The translations under genes and the position numbers were made by a program. From Candidatus Poseidoniaceae archaeon (lineage in GTDB: Archaea; Thermoplasmatota; Poseidoniia; Poseidoniales; Poseidoniaceae): a stretch of 32,000 nt of DNA. The first letter of the stretch is position 1. Each line of letters opens with the position of its first letter. The notes beneath the pieces were generated by a model. It saw nothing but the letters and a program-made list of their open reading frames with translations, made no database searches and had not been told where the DNA came from. The stretch lies in contig CALSTM010000001.1 in assembly GCA_943789275.1 (NCBI GenBank), positions 360,001-392,000 of the forward strand, given 5' to 3'. Of the stretch, positions 1 through 8,300 are shown piece after piece.

Positions 1-291
1 AACTTGACGCAGGTAACCGCTTTCGACGGTTTTGGAGTGCGGTAAGCCAGTGGCAGTCAATCCATCAATTTCCGCGACCAAATCAAAACTAAAGGTGTCT
101 TCAACTTCTCCGAGGTTATGCAATGTGAACAGCACTTCAACCAATTCACCGCGGTGAACTGTCACTTGATTGAGCCCAATGACATCGAGTTGAGCATCGC
201 GACTCTCGGTGGTCACAGCATGACTCACGGCCCCAGCAAAAGGAACCATGACATGCATCAGTATGAGCATCCCAACGAACACACTGCGCAT
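1..291 (-). CDS. Secreted protein, N-terminal part only; the gene continues off the left edge. Signal peptide followed by a CARDB/Ig-like beta-sandwich start.
   Basis: My own translation of the minus strand from ATG at 291..289 gives MRSVFVGMLILMHVMVPFAGAVSHAVTTESRDAQLDVIGLNQVTVHRGELVEVLFTLHNLGEVEDTFSFDLVAEIDGLTATGLPHSKTVESGYLRQV. It is open to position 1. It is absent from the ORF track because it has no stop in the window. The hydrophobic N-terminus and the 'VxVxxGExVxVxFTLxNxG' pattern are typical of CARDB-like domains. Confidence 0.55.
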   Translation of the reverse strand, partial: MRSVFVGMLILMHVMVPFAGAVSHAVTTESRDAQLDVIGLNQVTVHRGELVEVLFTLHNLGEVEDTFSFDLVAEIDGLTATGLPHSKTVESGYLRQV

Positions 292-385
292 AGTCTGTCC
301 AAGCCATTCACCCTTTGAACTTCACCCAATTCCTGCATCAAGTGACCTTCGCAGTCTTCATCAAGCAGGAGTTCGTCGTAGTGAT

Positions 386-766
386 ATGCCTCCTTTCTGG
401 CCCTTCGGGAAAAAGAAGCAACCTCTGCAAGTAGACGAGCCGGAACCTCAAGCGATCGTCTATCGAAAGGATTCAGGTTCTGCCAAGGAAACTCTTGAGG
501 ATTCATCCCATCGAAAGTCGGATGACTACATGGCTGCAGTATCTCTTTTTGGAAACGGGGACACGACCATTAAGCGTGCAGAAGAGCAATCGCAATTTTA
601 CGAAGGAATCGTGGACTCAAGTTCACTCAAATCACCTGCACCAGAGAACTTCACGTGGGTTCATCATACGGACGGATACCATTACAAGAAGAACAACGAC
701 GGTTCCTTTGATTCAGTTGCTCACCAAAAGAACGATGATGGGACGTATGTTCCGTATCAGTCTTAA
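386..766 (+). CDS. Small hydrophilic hypothetical protein (126 aa), probably largely disordered, with an aromatic/Asp-Gly-rich C-terminus.
   Basis: Part of the track ORF 248..766. The ATG at 386 (MPPFWPFGKKK...) avoids overlap with the divergent gene ending at 291. It fills an otherwise ~470-bp gap in a compact genome. I recognise no family and see no clear Shine-Dalgarno sequence. Confidence 0.4.
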   Translation: MPPFWPFGKKKQPLQVDEPEPQAIVYRKDSGSAKETLEDSSHRKSDDYMAAVSLFGNGDTTIKRAEEQSQFYEGIVDSSSLKSPAPENFTWVHHTDGYHYKKNNDGSFDSVAHQKNDDGTYVPYQS

Positions 767-2511
767 ACAGGGTCGGGTAAAACAGATTGCAGTGCTTGAA
801 TATCAAACTCAGCCCCATTGAGTGGGACTTTGAGTTCGTACAGTGCGCTGACAGCGGGGTCCATTTCACCAAAGCAGCCAACATGTTCACCGTTCACAAT
901 GACTTTTGCACATCGCCCGGCCAGCCAAGGTCCCATTTCCCCACCAAGCGGTTCGATGGAATATTCTGCAGCACCTAAATCTCTCATGAGCGCTTGAATA
1001 CGTCCACGAACAGCTGCAAAACCGCCGCTTTGTTCTGCGACGAGGAAAGCGAATCGATCGCCGTTTGAGTGGTTTCGTACGACTGTTCCCAATTCATAGA
1101 CGGCTTGAGGAAGGTCGTGGTGTCTGTTTGATGCCATCAAGCGAAACAATCCAGGAAGCAAATATTGCCGAAGCAGGGTGTGTTCAATCGTGATTGGGTT
1201 CGTTATTCGTGTCACATCACCCATTGCAGGCCATCGCATGGCTTCAAATTGGTCGAAATCGTTGGAAAGAGTGAGGGATTGTATCTGCATCAGCCCAAGT
1301 CCTTGCAGAGATTCCCGAATTCGTCTACGAATCTGTGAATCCGAACGAGGTATTGCTGTCATCGGTGCTTTCGGGACATCGTGGCCGAGGTCTTCGTACC
1401 CGTGACCGATAGCGACATCTTCGACCAAATCGATTGGATGTAAGATGTCGAATCTCCACCTTGGCATGGCGAAGGTAAGAATCGTATCGCCTTGGATGAC
1501 GTCGGACATCCGGTTGTTCGGATCCTTCGTGAATGTTTCAGCAGGTGTTCGACCGAGGAACTGGCCACCCATTCTGTTTGTGGCTGTGCCGATTTCTTCA
1601 TCGGTCAAACTGCGGCCAAGTAATCCATCGAGCAGTCTTTGAGTTACTTCATGGTGAATGGGTTCTGGATGCGGTAGGTGCTCTAAAGTACCGTTGTAAC
1701 CGTTCACTTCGATGGACTCAATTTTTCCACCTCGCTCTGCCAGTTGAAGGGCAATGAGCATCATGCTCGATTCGCAGGCTCGCCGGTCCCAACCCGTTAC
1801 TTCAATCAAAAAGTCAGTTGTTAAATGTGTGACCGTTGTTTGGACACCGTTGATAATTGGGGGGAAGGAGAGAACTTGATTGTTAGAATCTGTAATAATT
1901 GGATACAAATTCAGTCCATCAAGCAAATGAGCATAATCTATGCCTTTGGGGTGCGATTCCAAAATTTCTTGGAGTGACATATCTTTTTCCATACCGAGAG
2001 GGCAAAATCGAGTAGTTGCAGGAACGGCTTGTACCTTGAACGGAGGCGATAGGGTCGAGAGGTCATGGACACCGATGGATGCCCTGCGTCGGCCTCGACC
2101 CAACGCAAAGTGCAATTTTTCTTGGTGGTCCATGAGCGTCTTGATGAAAGCGTCTTTCTCTTCAGCATCGCCTGGAATGTTGACTCCACGAACAATCGCA
2201 CCGACTACAATGGGTCGTATGTGCTCCAGTTCAGGTTCCACCGTCATTGTTACCGAGCCTTTGGAAACTTCCATGCTCGGCTCACTCTGCGCACCGTGGA
2301 GGAAGGGTCGGATGGCTTTAGCGAGTGTTTCTCCAGACAAAAGGTCCGGTCGGTCAGGGAATATTTCAATGTCGAGAACATTCTCATCACAGGTGTCAAT
2401 ATCTGTTCCGAGGAGCGGCAGTTGGTCATCCATCTGTGCGATGTCATGCACCAAGCCATGCTTTTCAAGCAGCGAGCGAAGGAGTTTTTGTTCTACTGAA
2501 ATTGTCGGCAT
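763..2511 (-). CDS. pheT: Phenylalanine--tRNA ligase beta subunit, archaeal type.
   Basis: 582-aa ORF with ATG at 2511. The N-terminus 'MPTISVEQKLLRSLL...DIEIFPDRPDLLS' and the B3/4 and B5-like segments are characteristic of archaeal PheT. The length is typical. Confidence 0.9.
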   Translation of the reverse strand: MPTISVEQKLLRSLLEKHGLVHDIAQMDDQLPLLGTDIDTCDENVLDIEIFPDRPDLLSGETLAKAIRPFLHGAQSEPSMEVSKGSVTMTVEPELEHIRPIVVGAIVRGVNIPGDAEEKDAFIKTLMDHQEKLHFALGRGRRRASIGVHDLSTLSPPFKVQAVPATTRFCPLGMEKDMSLQEILESHPKGIDYAHLLDGLNLYPIITDSNNQVLSFPPIINGVQTTVTHLTTDFLIEVTGWDRRACESSMMLIALQLAERGGKIESIEVNGYNGTLEHLPHPEPIHHEVTQRLLDGLLGRSLTDEEIGTATNRMGGQFLGRTPAETFTKDPNNRMSDVIQGDTILTFAMPRWRFDILHPIDLVEDVAIGHGYEDLGHDVPKAPMTAIPRSDSQIRRRIRESLQGLGLMQIQSLTLSNDFDQFEAMRWPAMGDVTRITNPITIEHTLLRQYLLPGLFRLMASNRHHDLPQAVYELGTVVRNHSNGDRFAFLVAEQSGGFAAVRGRIQALMRDLGAAEYSIEPLGGEMGPWLAGRCAKVIVNGEHVGCFGEMDPAVSALYELKVPLNGAEFDIQALQSVLPDPV

Positions 2512-2520
2512 TGTATCAAC

Positions 2521-4122
2521 TCAACGTGAAAACCAGTGCGGTAGTGGGCGGTCGTATCCAACCAGTCGTAGGCCGCTGATGGCAGCGGTTTCGTAATCGA
2601 GCGCTCTCAAATGCTGACGCTTGAGTTGGTCTATCGAATCGAGTCCAAGGCGCCTAAGGATTGTTGAAAGTTCGTTCGAAAGGCTTTGGAGCCAGTGTGC
2701 CAAATCCTGTGCGTCTTGCATTGGAACTTCGCAGCAAATAACGTCAATTCCTGACGCACGAAGTACCGCTAAATCAGTTCCACTCGCTGAAAGGCCAAGC
2801 AGCATTCCAGTTTGAGTCGGTGTTCCGGCGAGATGGCTTTTAGTTGACCGGCCAATCATTGGAAGGGCTGCGGGTTCAGCAACACCCGAGCCATCCTCCA
2901 TTCGACTTACTGCGAGGTCTAATCCATGGTAAGATGAGCGGACATGCAGCGATTCAACACGGCCGATTGCATTGAGGAATGCAATGGTTTTGTCCATTCC
3001 AATTAGGGTTCTCACTGCCACAATGAATCCATCAATTTCTTCTGAATTCATGGCTGGTAAATCATCGATGTCGACCATTACACCGTTCGCATCTTTCAAT
3101 GATTCAGGTGCATCTGCAAGATTTGATGCGTTGAGAAGAACAATATCGATGGGTCTTGGATTTGTGTACGTGATAAACGGCTGTTGAGATAAAATTTGAA
3201 CTTCTAAGGGGTCACTGTTTTTGCCGAGTTTAAGTGAATCACCGTTGGTAACGATTGGCAGCAGTGGAAGTGGCAAGGCAATGGGTGTGTTTTCCCCGCT
3301 GCGTTCAGCCAATAATGTGACAGTGTCACATGTTTGGTAGGGTATTGCGTGGTTCAATTCACCTGCAACCAACCCTATGCTGGACAAATCGGAACTCGAG
3401 ACAGGAGGTTCTGGAGATTCGACCTGCAGGAGGGGTGAATGAACCAAGCAAACTGCGTCCTTCGGAACGTCCATTTCGGAGTCATTGAGTTCCTTATTGA
3501 TGGATTTGACTTCTGCTGCAGTGAGGGGTCGCAGAGCAACACCTGCGGGTGGAGTTGGGCATCGCCCATTGATTACGATACGTCCACCGGTCATTCCAGC
3601 TCCAGGGTCACTGCCAACGTCACCGTGGATGACGATAAGTCCATCTTTCATTCCACCACCGATTCGAGAACCTGCTGGACCTCGGACAAGCAGTAAACCG
3701 CCGTTCATCATTGCACCAGCATCGTTACCAACACCGGCCATGATGCTGATTCGTCCGCTTCTCATGGCATACCCTGCGAAATTCCCTGCGAGTTGTTCGC
3801 AAACGATTGTGTTGCCACGGTTTCCAGCACCTAAAAATGATCCTGAATCGCCTTGAATTGTGAAATTCCCACCGCTACCAAAAGCGGCAATCCATGAGCC
3901 GAGTACACCAAGCGCTCTCATGCGCGAGCCTGGTGGAAGGTTTGGGCACAGTCCAAGTTCCCCGTTCTTTGGCACAGGTTCGCCCGCATTGGTCCATCCA
4001 ATACGCAGTATTGCGTTTTGTTCGGCTGCTGCCACGAGTCTTGGTCCAAGTTTCTTGTTGATGTTGAATGAGCGTTCAACAACCTCTCTTGGTTCGGCCA
4101 TGTTGTTCGGCTGTTGCTTCAT
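2521..4122 (-). CDS. GXGXG-motif protein (glutamate synthase alpha-subunit C-terminal domain / FwdC-like beta-helix) fused to a C-terminal degenerate FMN-type TIM-barrel-like region.
   Basis: Residues ~90-190 carry repeated G-x-G-x-G turns (GSGGNFTIQGDSGSFLGAGNRGNTIVCEQLAGNFAGYAMRSGRISIMAGVGNDAGAMMNGGLLLVRGPAGSRIGGGMKDGLIVIHGDVGSDPGAGMTGGRIVING). The C-terminal ~250 aa end in 'ELSTILRRLGLDSIDQLKRQHL', resembling the end of GltB domain 2 / FMN oxidoreductase barrels. The track start at 4128 is TTG. The first ATG is at 4122, with an alternative at 4101. Confidence 0.7.
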   Translation of the reverse strand: MKQQPNNMAEPREVVERSFNINKKLGPRLVAAAEQNAILRIGWTNAGEPVPKNGELGLCPNLPPGSRMRALGVLGSWIAAFGSGGNFTIQGDSGSFLGAGNRGNTIVCEQLAGNFAGYAMRSGRISIMAGVGNDAGAMMNGGLLLVRGPAGSRIGGGMKDGLIVIHGDVGSDPGAGMTGGRIVINGRCPTPPAGVALRPLTAAEVKSINKELNDSEMDVPKDAVCLVHSPLLQVESPEPPVSSSDLSSIGLVAGELNHAIPYQTCDTVTLLAERSGENTPIALPLPLLPIVTNGDSLKLGKNSDPLEVQILSQQPFITYTNPRPIDIVLLNASNLADAPESLKDANGVMVDIDDLPAMNSEEIDGFIVAVRTLIGMDKTIAFLNAIGRVESLHVRSSYHGLDLAVSRMEDGSGVAEPAALPMIGRSTKSHLAGTPTQTGMLLGLSASGTDLAVLRASGIDVICCEVPMQDAQDLAHWLQSLSNELSTILRRLGLDSIDQLKRQHLRALDYETAAISGLRLVGYDRPLPHWFSR

Positions 4123-4250
4123 ATCCAAATAGCCTCCCGTAATTTGGCTTCACTTCATTTCGTTTGAACACTGTTTTTTTCGCTTCGTATTTCCAGCAGT
4201 TTCGACGATGTGTTAATAGAGGGTCTCCAAAGGCAGGTATATTGAGAACC

Positions 4251-5288
4251 ATGACCATTAAGGTTGCAATTAACGGATACGGAACTATTGGAAAGCGGGT
4301 TGCGGACGCAGTCGACGCTCAAGATGACATGGAAATTGTGGGCGTGACAAAGACCCGTCCTGCTTTTGGCTGTGACTTGGCTGTTCGAAAGGGCTACCCA
4401 ATCTACTGTACGTTCGATGATAAGGACCGCATCGCAGCGTTTGCTGCCGCCGGATATACGTGTCATGGCGGTTTATCCGATCTGCTCAAAATTGCAGACA
4501 TTGTTATCGATTGCTCACCCGGCAAAGTAGGGGCTTCCAACAAGGAAACGTACCAAAACGCTGGAATCAAATGGATTTTCCAGGGTGGGGAAAAACATTC
4601 GATGACCGAGATGTCATACACATCATCTGCCAACCACAAGGAAAATTTGAACGTTGAAGGGACCCGTGTCGTCTCGTGCAATACGACAGGCCTTTCTCGT
4701 ACTTTGGTGCCGTTGTATGAACACTGTGGGGAGCTGAGAGTTGAATGCACGATGATTCGCCGTGCAGCCGACCCAGGTGACTCAAGCAAAGGTCCAATTA
4801 ACGCCATCAAACCTGTTCTCAAGGTGCCTTCACATCACGGTCCAGATGTCATGACGGTAAAGCCGGAAATCCAAATCAATTCAATGGCTGTAGCGGTTCC
4901 AACGACCATCATGCACGTTCACGTGGTTACAGCAACACTTCCTGAGGGCCACGGCCTTACCACTGAATCTGTATTGGAGATGTGGTCTAATCGTCCTCGC
5001 TTGGTCATCATGAACGGTTCTGAAACCGGAATAACAACAACTGCAGAAGTCATGGAATTTGCCCGTGACATAGGCAGGAAATGGGGCGATTTGCACGAAA
5101 TCTTCATTTGGGAAGATGGTGTAAAACTCGAAGGCAACACACTTTACTATTTCCAAGCAATTCACCAAGAATCAGATGTTATTCCCGAAAATGTGGATGC
5201 CATCCGTGCACTCATGGGCGTAGAAGAGGACTGGATGGCATCGGTGGAGAAAACCGATTCAGCCATTTCGAAGTACAACAACCTGTGA
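4251..5288 (+). CDS. gap: Glyceraldehyde-3-phosphate dehydrogenase, archaeal class II.
   Basis: Contains 'MTIKVAINGYGTIGKRVADAV' (Rossmann N-terminus) and the catalytic 'VVSCNTTGLSR' motif. I place the start at ATG 4251; the track's 4164 adds 29 non-homologous residues. Confidence 0.9.
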   Translation: MTIKVAINGYGTIGKRVADAVDAQDDMEIVGVTKTRPAFGCDLAVRKGYPIYCTFDDKDRIAAFAAAGYTCHGGLSDLLKIADIVIDCSPGKVGASNKETYQNAGIKWIFQGGEKHSMTEMSYTSSANHKENLNVEGTRVVSCNTTGLSRTLVPLYEHCGELRVECTMIRRAADPGDSSKGPINAIKPVLKVPSHHGPDVMTVKPEIQINSMAVAVPTTIMHVHVVTATLPEGHGLTTESVLEMWSNRPRLVIMNGSETGITTTAEVMEFARDIGRKWGDLHEIFIWEDGVKLEGNTLYYFQAIHQESDVIPENVDAIRALMGVEEDWMASVEKTDSAISKYNNL

Positions 5289-5353
5289 ACTGAATGCCCC
5301 GTAGGGGCACATTCAAGGCGCGTGTTGAAAAGGGTAATTGTTTTCGACAGCCC

Positions 5354-8300
5354 ATGAAGGCCATGCGACAACCCTTGCTCATGCTCGTGTTGCTTCTGCT
5401 CACTTCGCTTAGCCCGTTGTTTTTGAACGGCACTTCCCCGAATGTCACACTGCCTGAATCAGATGGGCAGTTGCTTACCGAAGCAGAACGGGTGGAGTTG
5501 GCCCGCCAACTTTGGTCACCTCTCGAATCTTCGAGTGTCTTCTCAACTGACATCCAAGTTGCAAGCGGTGTTCTTCGACTTCAATCAGGTGAATTCGACC
5601 CTCTGCTCTCAGAAGGACCGGCTCTTGACAAATTCTTCACGGACCCCAATGACCCTTCCCAGACCGGGCTGGCAATGGTCCAACTGCACGAACACAATGG
5701 AGGAGTTCTTGATTCTCTATCGAAGTCGTACGGTCTAACTGCTCTTGATTTCGTCGCTGATGAAGGATGGCTTGTGCGCTTACCTCATCCACCAATGGAT
5801 TCGCTTGAATTGCTTCAATCCGATGAACGTGTTCGCTGGGCAGGACCACAACATCCAGGATGGAGAATACACACTGACCTTCTTACAGTTACTGAACACA
5901 CTCATCTTGCTCTTGTTCCTTCGTCTGATTTAGCACTCGGCGGTCTTGAGGCGTTAAGCCTTGACTTGCTGAAAATGGGTGCTACTGAAGCATGGTGTGG
6001 CGTGGGATTGTGTGAAGTTCACTATGCCTCTAGCCTCCAGCCGACTCTTCTCAACAACATCATGCACGATGGACGAATTATTTGGACTGAACCAACGTAT
6101 GGAATGACGCTTCACAACGCTGTTGCTGGTGGAATTGTTGGTCTGGATGACGTTTCAGCAAATGCTTCATTCACTCTCGATGGCTCTGGAGAAACCATCG
6201 CCATCGCCGACACGGGGATCGACCGAGACCACCCAGATATCGTCGGTCGGGTTGCAGGGGTGTACACGAACTTCGGTCTTGACTCATCATCAATTGATTC
6301 GAACACGGGCCACGGTACGCACGTGGCTTTGTCGGTGCTTGGAGACGGAACTGGTGACCCAACGGCTGAAGGAATTGCCCCCGCTGCTAATCTGGTCATG
6401 TATGCTTTGGAACACGACCCCACAGGAGTCTTTGGCCGCCTGGGCTCCATCTATGATATGCTCAACGATGCTGAACAACGCACGGCTCGGATTTCGGTAA
6501 ACGCTTGGGGTGCAAACGGTAATTTTGGTCATTACACTGCTGATTCTCGCTCAGTTGACTTGCTGGTCTCTCAAAAGGACACGGTTCTTCCACTGTTCTC
6601 CGCAGGTGACCGTGGTTCGAGTGGTGCTTCTCAAGTAGCAGCTCCGTCAACCGGGAAGAATGTACTTTCAGTCGGAACTTCACAAACTGGCTCCTTGACC
6701 GGCTCCGTCGCCAACATTTCGAGCCAAGGACCGAGTCTCGATGGACGAATTAAACCGGATATTGTTGCCCCTGGTATCGATATTTGTTCAGGATTGGCTG
6801 AGGAAGCAAAATCTCCAAGTGGATTTTCTTGCGCCACAGGTGTTCACGCAGACGGAACGACGAATCTCTACATGACTCTTTCAGGCTCCTCACATGCAAC
6901 CGCAATTGCCGGAGGGTCAACCGCTCTCGTGCGCGAGTTTTTGCGCGAGCAAATCAACATCAATTCACCCTCAGCATCGCTCATCAAGGCCACAGTCATC
7001 AACGGGGCTAAGGACTTAGGGACTGCAGATATTCCGAATGCAGAGGAAGGCTGGGGGCAAATTGATTTGGAACGTACAATCCTGCCTATGGACGGTACCT
7101 TTGCATTGAACACCTTCTACGATAACAATAAGCAACTGAACGCAGGTTTTGGTTTGCTGTATTCATTTGACCTTGATCCGACCCATGGTGTCGACATAAC
7201 GCTCGCATGGTCGGACCTTGAAGGAAGTGCAAACGCCGCCCAATCCTCTCCACGTTTGGTTAACAATCTCGACCTTGTCTTGGTCGACCCGTCGGGCAAC
7301 GAATGGCTTGGTAACGATTTCTTGTCAGGTGTTTCTACGACCGGTGGAACTGCTGATGCAGTCAACAATGTTGAGCGTATCAAGATGGAACCAGGAGTTC
7401 TCACGACGTCGGGTCAATGGCAAATCAAGATTCTTCATTCAGGGGGTCTTGCACAAAGGTTCAGCCTCATTGTCGTAGCAGATGCAACACCAAATCCACA
7501 ATCAGACTTGGCAACATTCGATGGAAGCATTGTACCTTCATCTTCTGAACCTCTCAAAAACGACTTGATTACCCTCCAACTTGCCTGGATTAACCAAGGA
7601 ACCCTCTCTGCAGATTCATTCCATGTTGTCCTTGAAGACCTAACCACTGGCCAAGTTTTGTTTGACGCTGATAGGGCAGGTCTTGATTCAGGACAAGTCG
7701 ACTCTTTCTTACTTCAACACCAGTTCACGACCACCGGTACACATTCAATGCGACTCAGCATTGACACTCTCAATCAAGTAACGGAAATAAACGATGCCGT
7801 TTCCGGTGTCGACAACAACATTTGGGAACAAGACATCGAAGTTACAGCACTTGGTGTTCGTGTCGTAGCACTGGATGATGCGGGTGTTGCTCCAACTTCT
7901 TCAGAAGACCGTGCGTTGTCCGCAATCCATACATTCGATGTCCTCAATGCCTCTTCGATTGAAATTCCCATTCACATTCTCCACGAGGGAACTGGAGAAC
8001 AGGCAGTGACTCTTTCTGTCACCAATGTTCAGAAACCTCAACCAGGTAGGCCAGATTTCCTGTTGGCTCCTGAAGACTCATGGTCAAAGTCGGTTTCTGA
8101 AATCGGACCATACATCGTTCAAGGACAGGGTGAGGTTGATGATTACAAACGTCTCAACGTCACTCTTGTCAACAATTTTGTCGACCTGAGCAATTCTGAA
8201 TCACCTCGTTATGCTCGTGCAGGAACATTTGTTGTCGACATTACTGCTCGTTATCAATCTCAACCGACGGTCTCACATACACAGCGTGTGACCATCATTG

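Noticed and set aside
118-506. Track ORFs 118..318 (+) and 258..506 (-).
   Set aside because: They overlap the better-supported signal-peptide gene (1..291, minus) and the 386..766 ORF. They have odd composition and no recognisable features.
650-766. The idea that the C-terminus of the 386..766 product is a WW domain that could bind the Pro-rich tails.
   Set aside because: The spacing between the aromatic positions (W...Y-V-P, ~30 residues) and the missing second Trp do not fit the WW signature. I keep it only as an unclassified beta-meander-like motif.
1940-2596. 218-aa and 144-aa plus-strand ORFs antisense to pheT.
   Set aside because: They lie entirely inside a confidently identified pheT gene on the other strand. 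Their Ser/Arg/Cys-rich composition is typical of antisense shadow ORFs.
5292-5314. Hairpin GAATGCCCC-GTA-GGGGCA(C)ATTC just after the gap stop, considered as a terminator.
   Set aside because: No oligo-T tract follows, and it lies only ~45 nt before the protease start. It is too weak to call.
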